Assembly: GCA_964645605.1 (NCBI GenBank)
Contig: CAZYCE010000003.1
Span: 57,135 to 121,134, forward strand
Length of the DNA stretch: 64,000 bases
DNA from: an uncultured Gammaproteobacteria bacterium
GTDB lineage: Bacteria > Patescibacteriota > Microgenomatia > UBA8517
Direction of reading: 5' to 3'
Position 1 is the first letter of the stretch. Every line of letters begins with the position of its first letter. A program made the translations under genes and the position numbers. Positions 57,121 through 64,000 of the stretch are shown here, one piece after another. Below the pieces are notes generated by a model. It was not told the DNA's origin. It saw only the letters and a list, made by a program, of their open reading frames with translations, and made no database searches.

Positions 57121-57952
57121 GATTATTCAAATTAAGGTTAAAACTGCCACCAAGTCTCTTTTATCAGTTTTATTTGGTCTAACTAGAAAAAGTTTATATT
57201 GGCAATCAAGTTCAGAAGCCAAAGATGAACTTCTTAAAAACCAAATACTTGACTGTCTGGCAGTTAATCCCAGTTATGGCCACAGGAGGCTTGCTTTGGC
57301 CTTGGGGGTTGGCAAGAAAAGAGTGAGAAGGGTTATGAAGCTGTATGGAATCAAGCCTTACAAAAGGAAAGCCAGGTGGGCAAAGAAGAGAGACAAAGGC
57401 AAGCCTGACAGTGGATTTCCAAACCTAATCAAAGGTTCCTGCCCAATCAGGCCAAAAATTGTCTATGTTGATGACTTCACAAGACTAAGTTGGAATGGAA
57501 AGATAATTTATCTAGCTACTTTTATGGACCTTTTTACAAGGGAAATAGTGGGATGGAGTATTTCAACCAGGCACACCCATGAACTTATCCAAAATGCTTT
57601 TAAAGAAGTCTTAACTTATTTTGGCAAACCCCAAATAATCCACACTGACCAAGGAAGTGAATACACATCAAAGGAATATACAAAATTAATGACTAGCCTC
57701 AATGTCAAAATCAGTATGAGCAAGAAAGGCAGTCCTTGGGAAAATGGTTTCCAAGAATCTTTCTATGATAACTTTAAAACTGACCTGGGTTTGGAATTTG
57801 AAAGGTTTGAAACAATTGGAGAATTTGTTGAAGCAATTCACAAAACAATTAATTATTACAACACACAAAGGATTCACTTATCCTTAAAAACTTCACCCAC
57901 CAAATTCAGACAAAATTTCGTTTCAAAAACTCTCAGAAAGAGTGTGTATTAA
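57065..57952 (+). CDS. IS3 transposase OrfB (DDE integrase core, rve)
   Basis: YVDDFT...HTDQGSEYTS...ENGFQESFY (D, D, E triad contexts). Confidence 0.8.
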   Translation: MLEFLHWSFRSQKKRQLIEIIQIKVKTATKSLLSVLFGLTRKSLYWQSSSEAKDELLKNQILDCLAVNPSYGHRRLALALGVGKKRVRRVMKLYGIKPYKRKARWAKKRDKGKPDSGFPNLIKGSCPIRPKIVYVDDFTRLSWNGKIIYLATFMDLFTREIVGWSISTRHTHELIQNAFKEVLTYFGKPQIIHTDQGSEYTSKEYTKLMTSLNVKISMSKKGSPWENGFQESFYDNFKTDLGLEFERFETIGEFVEAIHKTINYYNTQRIHLSLKTSPTKFRQNFVSKTLRKSVY

Positions 57953-57969
57953 AAGGGGTACTTGACACC

Positions 57970-58507
57970 CGCCACTAACCAGTAAAGAAATATTTGATAA
58001 AGTACAGAGGAATTTAGTAATACCTTTTCAAAAAGCCAAATGGGGCAGCAAAACATTTACATTTAAAGACCTTGCTGTCTGTGGAAGCTGTGGAGCCGTA
58101 TTCGTAGCAGAAGATAAATATGGAAAAAGTAAATTCAGAGAGCCAAAATATCACGTCTACAACCACTGCACCAGAAGAAGAGATCCAAACTGTCCTGAAC
58201 CGTATGTGACTGAAGAAAAGCTCGTTAAAGAGCTGGTAAGGTATATTAACTTCACAACCGTAGCCCATCCACAGATGATTCACTATACAGAAAAGATCAA
58301 GTTTGGCATGGAACAGTACAAAAAACTGAGAAACGAGATATTTATCCAACAGAACATTAATCCAGATAAAATACCGTTTGATTTTAGAGAATATGCAAAA
58401 TACACCCTTACCCGAGGAACAACACCGGATAAAAGAGAAATCATTAACGCCTTGGGAGGCATTATTTACATCCACAATCAAATGGTTTGTTCAGCTCCGT
58501 CAAAATA
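57970..58507 (+). pseudogene. C-terminal remnant of a large serine recombinase (zinc beta-ribbon + tail), truncated at the IS3 right end
   Basis: The frame reads ...LAVCGSCGAVFVAEDKYGKSKFREPKYHVYNHCTRRRDPNCPEPYVTEEKLVKELV... (CxxC...C...C ribbon). The ORF 58206..58508 is its tail. No N-terminal catalytic domain is present. Confidence 0.45.
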
Positions 58508-58689
58508 AACACAACCTTCCTCCACGGTTCGAATCCAAATTGACGGGTTAACATGGATTAGAACACGTTTAGCTCAACACTAAAAAATCGAGCGTAGTTA
58601 TAGGTCCGATACATTTGACTAAAAATCAAGCTTTTAGAGGGCATTATTGGAATGAATAAACATCTCGATCAGAGGCTATAGAGTATTTA

Positions 58690-58760
58690 GCTGTGGGTCA
58701 GGGATTTGAACCCCGATAACATCCTCCAGAGGGATGTGTCCTACCGTTAGACGAACCCAC
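58690..58760 (-). tRNA. tRNA-Gln (anticodon CTG)
   Basis: Minus-strand cloverleaf. Acceptor TGTGGGT/ACCCACA, D-stem GTCT/GGAC, anticodon stem CATCC/GGATG with loop CTCTGGA, T-arm CGGGG-TTCAAAT-CCCTG. CCA is not encoded. Confidence 0.7.
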
Positions 58761-58894
58761 AATGTAAGTATGCGTATTCTAACATTTTGAAGCTTATTGT
58801 GGAATTGCTGGTGGTAGGAGGGCTAGTTATTTTTAAGATTTCTAAAAATAGCTTGTCGCTACCACCTATTCAATTGTTTGAAAGAAATAAATAA

Positions 58895-59323
58895 TTATGT
58901 GTATGGCACTTTTCTTGCACCAATTAAGAATTGTGCCCTGGGATCGAATGCAATACTGAGAGCCTTAAACCTGGTGTTGTCTTGGACTCTACCAAGCTTT
59001 AAGGCAAGTATTTTTCCAACACACGTGTATGGATCCCTATAATCATCATCGCCGTTATATCCAAGCGTGTGCAGATCTATACCTGTACAGCTGCAAAGCA
59101 GCTTAGAAAATAAGCAGTTCGTATTGCCGTCAATCGGGAGATCAAAGGCATTCCTAAAATCTGTTTCGATGTCGAGTGGAAGATAGCCTTTTGCCTGATT
59201 GATGCGTAACACAACTTCGTCTCCCCAAAAACCAAGGGCATATAGCCACCCTACTAGGGGATCTTCGTCAGGGTCGAGCAATTTCGACTTAAACTTAACG
59301 AGATGTAGAAACGTAACAACCAT
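58895..59323 (-). CDS. hypothetical protein
   Basis: ORF only. Confidence 0.3.
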   Translation of the reverse strand: MVVTFLHLVKFKSKLLDPDEDPLVGWLYALGFWGDEVVLRINQAKGYLPLDIETDFRNAFDLPIDGNTNCLFSKLLCSCTGIDLHTLGYNGDDDYRDPYTCVGKILALKLGRVQDNTRFKALSIAFDPRAQFLIGARKVPYT

Positions 59324-59439
59324 TTTGTTCCTTCCTTTCTTTTAAGATAGGTGGATATGAATGAATGATGTTTTGGCGAAAAATATTTCTTTCAAAGAGC
59401 GAGAACCTATAATAACATATTGTGATTGTTAATCAATAA

Positions 59440-59817
59440 TTAGGGAAATATTTTCGGAACAAAAATTAATAAACCTATAAATATTGCCGCAATTGAGGCT
59501 ACAAGCACGGCGCCGGCGGAGACATCTTTGGCAATTTTTGCCCTTGGATTAATTTCGGGACTGATAATATCCACCATTGCCTCTATTGCGGTATTAACCA
59601 GTTCCAAAATTAAGACTGAAGCAATAACTATGATAAGATCAAACCACTCCTCGGGCGAGATGTTTAAGATTGCTCCGGTGACAGCGGCCAGAACCCCCAT
59701 AAAAATTTGGATTCTGAAGTTTCTTCCTTTCTTAAATTCTGTTTTTATGCCTTCAAAAGCAAATCCAAAGCTTTTTAGCAGGGAATGTTTTGTCTCCAGG
59801 GAGTGATCTTCAATCAT
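59440..59817 (-). CDS. dgkA: diacylglycerol/undecaprenol kinase (DgkA family)
   Basis: Three TM helices and the conserved ELVNTAIEAMVD / AKDVSAG blocks. Confidence 0.8.
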   Translation of the reverse strand: MIEDHSLETKHSLLKSFGFAFEGIKTEFKKGRNFRIQIFMGVLAAVTGAILNISPEEWFDLIIVIASVLILELVNTAIEAMVDIISPEINPRAKIAKDVSAGAVLVASIAAIFIGLLIFVPKIFP

Positions 59818-59840
59818 AAATAAATGATATCATGAAATGA

Positions 59841-60314
59841 ATGGACGATATTATAGTTGAGATTTTTGCAACATTTCTAATCTGGGTTTTGTATGCAGGT
59901 TTGATCATTTTGTGGTTTATTGACGGCAAAATAAGAAAAGAACAGGTCCTTCATGCTCTTTTTGCCGGAGCCATTGCCTGGACCATTGTTTTTGCGATAA
60001 AGAGGCTTTTTCCCACAATCAGGCCATATATGACAAACGGCAAGGAAATTGAGGTTTTGGTTCCTCCCACCGATGGGGCTTTCCCTTCGTCCCATACGGC
60101 ATTGGCTTTCAGCCTTGCGGTGACTGTATTTATGCATGATCGTAAAATCGGGTATTGGTACCTGATAGGCGCACTAATTATCGGGGCGGCTCGAGTTTTG
60201 GCAAATGTTCATTATCCGATCGATATCCTTGGTGGAGCCTTCGTTGGAACCTTGGTTGCCGTAATCGTTGAGAAAACACATATGTTTCAGCTTCTTCCAA
60301 GAAAGAAAAAGTAA
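59841..60314 (+). CDS. PAP2-family phosphatase (undecaprenyl-diphosphatase-like)
   Basis: PSSHTA and HYPIDILGGAFVG (PAP2 motifs 2 and 3). Confidence 0.75.
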   Translation: MDDIIVEIFATFLIWVLYAGLIILWFIDGKIRKEQVLHALFAGAIAWTIVFAIKRLFPTIRPYMTNGKEIEVLVPPTDGAFPSSHTALAFSLAVTVFMHDRKIGYWYLIGALIIGAARVLANVHYPIDILGGAFVGTLVAVIVEKTHMFQLLPRKKK

Positions 60315-60365
60315 AATTGAACTTGACAATTAGCAGATCAAATAGTAGACTGCTAAAATACGCAT

Positions 60366-62804
60366 ATGGCAAAAGAAATTGCACCCGTTAAAGACGCGTC
60401 ACGAAGAGTGTTGATTGTTCCGGTTAGGGGATCGGTCGTTTTTCCCCATACGGACACGCTTGTTTCCTTCGGTAGAGCAAAAAGCGTGGCAGCCGTAAAC
60501 TCGGCATTCCAGGATGATCGTGTGATAGCCATCTTTTCCCAAAAGGACCCTCGAACGGCGGATCCCGTAGAGGATGATCTTAATACGATTGGTACAATCG
60601 CGACCATCACTCAAATGATGGCCACGGAAGGTGAAATACATGCACTCATACGTGGGCAGGCCAGGATTGAACTTAAGGAGATTATTTCGGATGAGCCGTA
60701 TCTTGTCGGCAAGGTAAAAGAAGTAACGGAAGAGCTGGAGGACAGTCCGGAGATTGGCGTTTTGGCAAAAAAAATTCAGGAGCTTTTCAAAAAAGCCATC
60801 AACCTAGGTAAACAGGCGGAAATAATGACCGTGATGAAGCTTGTTTCGGGCAACGTTGAACCGATCGAGGTAAGTGATCAAGTAGCCTCACTTTTGGATA
60901 TAAAACCGGCCGAGAAACAAAAGATTTTGGAGGAAATAAACGTTAAAAAAAGACTGAGAGTTGTTTTGGACTACCTGAGCAAAGAGATTAACGCACTAGA
61001 GGTTGAGCAGACAATTTCTTCAAAAACCCAAAAGAGATTTGAGGATCAAATGAAAAAAGCCATGCTTCGTGAGAAGAAAAGAACTATTGAGGAAGAACTG
61101 GGTGAAATGGATGAGGAGGGGGAAATCAGCAGCGAAGAGTTTAAGGAATATAAAACAAAAATTAAAGTTGCCGGCATGCCGCCCGATGTAAAAGACCGGG
61201 CGGAAAAAGAACTCAAGCGTTTAAGCGAAATGTCTCCGAATAACCCCGAGGGGGCTTATATCAGAAATTACCTGGACTGGCTTTGCGATGTGCCTTGGAG
61301 TAAAGAATCTCCCAATAATGTTGCCATGAGTAAAGCCTCAAAAATTTTGGAAGACGAGCATTACGGAATTGAAAAAGCAAAAGAGCGTATTTTGGAGTTT
61401 CTGGCAGTAATGAAACTCAAAAAAGAAGAAAAAAAACAAAAAAAAGGCACGTCTGAAGCTCACCCCACAATTTTGTGTTTCATAGGTCCTCCCGGGGTCG
61501 GCAAAACTTCTATAGGCCGTTCCATTGCCAAAGCCCTAAACCGCAAGTTTGTCCGTGTATCTTTGGGTGGTATCAGGGATGAAGCCGAAATCAGAGGACA
61601 TAGGAGAACTTATGTAGGGGCCATGCCCGGCAGGATTATTCAGGGAATGAAGACGGCTGGCACAAAAAACCCCGTTTTTATGCTTGATGAAATAGATAAG
61701 GTGGGAGTTGATTTTAGGGGAGATCCTTCAAGTGCCCTTTTGGAGGCATTGGATCCCGAGCAGAATAAAGAATTCTCCGACCATTATCTTGAAGTCCCAT
61801 TTGATCTTTCCGAAGTTATGTTTATATGTACCGGAAATGTGCTTGATACAATTCCTGCACCTCTTCGTGACAGGATGGAAGTAATTACATTCCCCGGCTA
61901 TACCGAAGAAGAAAAGTTTCAGATTGCCAAGAAATTCCTTTGGCCAAAGCAGGTTGAGGCCCAGGGTTTATCTAAACTAAACATAAAAATTTCAGATTCA
62001 GGAATCAGGGAGGTAATTGAAAGTTACACAAGAGAGGCGGGAGTTAGAAATTTGGAAAGAAATCTGGCCAGTGTTTGTAGAAAGGTCGCCAGACTTGTGG
62101 CTGAAAAGAAAAAATATCCAAAAATGATTGAGAAAGCGGATGTCAGGAAATTTTTGGGAAATCAAAGATTTTCCTCCCAAATTGCGGAAAAGAAAGATGA
62201 AATCGGAATGAGTACGGGTCTTTCGGTAACTCCATTCGGAGGGGAAATTCTTTTTATAGAAGTCTCTTTAATGCCCGGAAAGGGTAGGCTGACTCTCACG
62301 GGACAGCTGGGGGATGTTATGAAGGAGTCGGCAAAAGCGGCTTTCACTTGGACAAGATCGCATTATCACGAGCTTGGCCTTAGACCGGATTTTGCGGAAA
62401 ACATAGATGTCCATATACATGTTCCCGAGGGTGCGGTCCAGAAAGACGGTCCTTCGGCGGGCGTTGCGATTACCACCGCTCTTGTTTCAGCACTAACCGG
62501 CATTCCCGTAAAGCGCCATGTGGGTATGACCGGTGAAGTTACCCTAAGAGGAAGGGTTTTGGAAATAGGGGGTTTGAAGGACAAATCCATTGCCGGTCAT
62601 CGAGCCGGACTTACGACAATAATTGCCCCTAAAGAAAACAAAAAAGACTTGGACGACATTCCCGTGCAGGTTAAAAAGGATATTAAATTTGTATTTGCGG
62701 AAGAAGTGGAAGACGTATTGCGGGTTGCTTTTACAGGATGGCCACCCAAAACCATAATTAAAAAAGATTTTTCTCCTATTTCCGCCACGCTCGTGGCTAA
62801 TTAA
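60366..62804 (+). CDS. lon: ATP-dependent Lon protease
   Basis: Walker A GPPGVGKTS, the sensor region, and the catalytic DGPSAG serine / K dyad context. Confidence 0.9.
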   Translation: MAKEIAPVKDASRRVLIVPVRGSVVFPHTDTLVSFGRAKSVAAVNSAFQDDRVIAIFSQKDPRTADPVEDDLNTIGTIATITQMMATEGEIHALIRGQARIELKEIISDEPYLVGKVKEVTEELEDSPEIGVLAKKIQELFKKAINLGKQAEIMTVMKLVSGNVEPIEVSDQVASLLDIKPAEKQKILEEINVKKRLRVVLDYLSKEINALEVEQTISSKTQKRFEDQMKKAMLREKKRTIEEELGEMDEEGEISSEEFKEYKTKIKVAGMPPDVKDRAEKELKRLSEMSPNNPEGAYIRNYLDWLCDVPWSKESPNNVAMSKASKILEDEHYGIEKAKERILEFLAVMKLKKEEKKQKKGTSEAHPTILCFIGPPGVGKTSIGRSIAKALNRKFVRVSLGGIRDEAEIRGHRRTYVGAMPGRIIQGMKTAGTKNPVFMLDEIDKVGVDFRGDPSSALLEALDPEQNKEFSDHYLEVPFDLSEVMFICTGNVLDTIPAPLRDRMEVITFPGYTEEEKFQIAKKFLWPKQVEAQGLSKLNIKISDSGIREVIESYTREAGVRNLERNLASVCRKVARLVAEKKKYPKMIEKADVRKFLGNQRFSSQIAEKKDEIGMSTGLSVTPFGGEILFIEVSLMPGKGRLTLTGQLGDVMKESAKAAFTWTRSHYHELGLRPDFAENIDVHIHVPEGAVQKDGPSAGVAITTALVSALTGIPVKRHVGMTGEVTLRGRVLEIGGLKDKSIAGHRAGLTTIIAPKENKKDLDDIPVQVKKDIKFVFAEEVEDVLRVAFTGWPPKTIIKKDFSPISATLVAN

Positions 62805-62895
62805 TTAGCCGTCATATTGGTCTTTTGGCTTCAAGTTTGATAAGCAAAGCTTGCCGCTCGGCAATTGAATCTGCCTCGTGGTAAAATATCGACAA

Positions 62896-62971
62896 GGCCC
62901 CATCGTCTAGCGGTCTAGGACACCAGGTTCTCATCCTGGTAACTTGGGTTCGAGTCCCAATGGGGTCACCA
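62896..62971 (+). tRNA. tRNA-Glu (anticodon CTC), CCA encoded
   Basis: GGCCCCA...TTCTCAT loop...TTGGG-TTCGAGT-CCCAA...TGGGGTC-A-CCA cloverleaf. Confidence 0.8.
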
Positions 62972-63143
62972 AATGTTATTTTTTGATATATTTTGAGTTT
63001 CTTGACAAAGGCTGCATTTATAGCTACAATCTCCCCTTGTTGGGTAAAAAACCGTCCCTCTTCGGCAAAAAGGGGGACTATTTTTTTCACAAAATCTGTA
63101 GCAGAATTCAATTCTTGAATTTTGATACGTCATTAAAACTATC

Positions 63144-63602
63144 ATGAAAAGCGATGTCAAATTGACTAAGGAAGGACTGGAGACTTTAAAAGCAGAGCTC
63201 ACAGACCTTCGTGATGTCAAAAGACCAAGATTGGTTGACCGCCTTGCCAACGCGCGTTCTCAGGGAGATCTTAGCGAGAATAGCGATTATCAGTCTGCTA
63301 AAGAGGAACTTGAATTTCTTGACGGTAGGATTGAAGAGCTTGAAGAGGTTATTAAAACCGCTTCTGTTGCCCCGGCGGTCAAGTCGGGTGGAGTAGATGT
63401 AGGGACAAAAGTGACGGTTAAGGTTAACGGCAAAGAGATTGTGTTTAATATAGTGGGTGATTGGGAAGCAGACCCTGTTAATAAAAAGATTTCCCACGAG
63501 TCCCCTCTTGGAAGGGCATTGGTTGGCAAAAAAGTTGGCGATAAAGTCGAGGTCGAAGCCCCGGCAGGCAAAGTCCACTACGAAATACTTGCAATAGAAT
63601 AA
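63144..63602 (+). CDS. greA: transcription elongation factor GreA
   Basis: LTKEGLETLKAELTDL...DLSENSDYQSAKEE and the C-terminal FKBP-like domain. Confidence 0.85.
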   Translation: MKSDVKLTKEGLETLKAELTDLRDVKRPRLVDRLANARSQGDLSENSDYQSAKEELEFLDGRIEELEEVIKTASVAPAVKSGGVDVGTKVTVKVNGKEIVFNIVGDWEADPVNKKISHESPLGRALVGKKVGDKVEVEAPAGKVHYEILAIE

Positions 63603-63642
63603 GCATTGAATAAAACTCCCTTTGAAGCTAGAATAGCTTAGA

Positions 63643-64000
63643 ATGCATTGGGCAGACAAAATCGCTAAAGAAATAATAGCCTCAGGCAAATATAAACCTT
63701 ATTGGGTTGATGATATGAAGACACCATCGGGTTATGCCCATATTGGTTCTGTTTTGGGACCGATGATTCACAGTTCGATATACCGTGCATTGAAAGACGC
63801 GGGTCAAGATACCACTTTTACGTATGTGATTAACGATTTCGACGTAGCCGACGAATTCCCTCCAAATTTTAAGGACCAACTTCAGGAACATGCCGGCAAA
63901 GTACTAAAAATGATTCCGTCTCCGGTTGAAGGTTTTGATAATTTAGCGGATCTCTTGGCGGATGACCTTAAAAAATCATTAGCATATTTGGGTTTTGAGG
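63643..64000 (+). CDS. class I lysyl-tRNA synthetase-like (5' partial, runs off window)
   Basis: MHWADKIAKEII...TPSGYAHIGSVLGPM parallels class-I LysRS (HWAD.IA..II ... PSG..HIG). Not in the ORF track because no stop falls in the window. Confidence 0.5.
   Translation, partial: MHWADKIAKEIIASGKYKPYWVDDMKTPSGYAHIGSVLGPMIHSSIYRALKDAGQDTTFTYVINDFDVADEFPPNFKDQLQEHAGKVLKMIPSPVEGFDNLADLLADDLKKSLAYLGFE

Larger units (their letters stand above)
56796..57967 (+). mobile_element. IS3-family insertion sequence (orfA/orfB with -1 frameshift), ~1.17 kb
   Basis: Terminal inverted repeats TGACCGGTACCCCTT (56796-56810) and AAGGGGTACTTGACA (57953-57967). Also an A9G slippery run at ~57101-57110 and a DDE integrase core. 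Confidence 0.7.

Noticed and set aside
62812-63111. 99-aa minus-strand ORF
   Set aside because: It overlaps tRNA-Glu (62896..62971) and the greA promoter region, so it is not a real gene.
1-64000. CRISPR array / cas operon
   Set aside because: No run of regularly spaced short direct repeats is present anywhere in the window. The only Cas-like gene (Cas4-like, 25898..26653) is standalone. The intergenic repeats at 34-47 kb are long (100-300 nt), divergent and separated by genes, not spacers.

Overview
This 64 kb window has low GC and is densely packed with short, often overlapping genes. The genome looks like a small, streamlined bacterium, possibly CPR/Patescibacteria-like; that is inference from gene content and style, not from a search. 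The first ~17 kb is mostly housekeeping and stress genes. These include two tandem GH130-like glycosidases, a patatin-like lipase, a Crp/Fnr regulator, an ECF sigma/anti-sigma pair, a CsoR-family repressor with thioredoxin, a DinD-like protein, NUDIX, HAD and GNAT paralogues, and a P-type ATPase. Three accessory blocks follow.

- **17.9-22.6 kb:** a tightly coupled six-gene operon. It encodes a Cys-rich protein with a CX2CX2C motif, split ComD/ComE-type (sulfo/phosphonopyruvate decarboxylase-like) thiamine pyrophosphate subunits, and three tandem SAM methyltransferases. The beta subunit carries a C-terminal diadenylate-cyclase-like domain.
- **24.6-33.8 kb:** a single-strand operon that looks like an uncharacterised restriction-modification-linked defence island. 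In transcription order it encodes an EVE/PUA protein, a small protein, a GHKL (Bergerat-fold) ATPase, two unknown proteins, a Dcm C5 methyltransferase, a Vsr endonuclease, a HEPN-motif protein, a Cas4-like Fe-S nuclease and a membrane-anchored trypsin-like protease.
- **34.3-47.3 kb:** a cassette-like region. Nearly every intergenic spacer carries a divergent copy or fragment of one mosaic repeat family of about 100-300 nt. Related copies lie at 15.0, 17.7 and 54.8 kb.

This third block also contains a tRNA 3' fragment, two remnants of a serine-recombinase C-terminus, and toxin-like cargo (a Fic protein, a CAP-domain protein and a SWIM protein).

The rest of the window holds a polysaccharide/glycosyltransferase cluster, an IS3-family element with a programmed frameshift, tRNA-Gln, DgkA/PAP2, Lon, tRNA-Glu, GreA, and a partial class-I LysRS-like gene at the 3' edge. 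No CRISPR array or rRNA was seen.

All calls come from reading motifs in the supplied translations and the DNA. No database searches were run.
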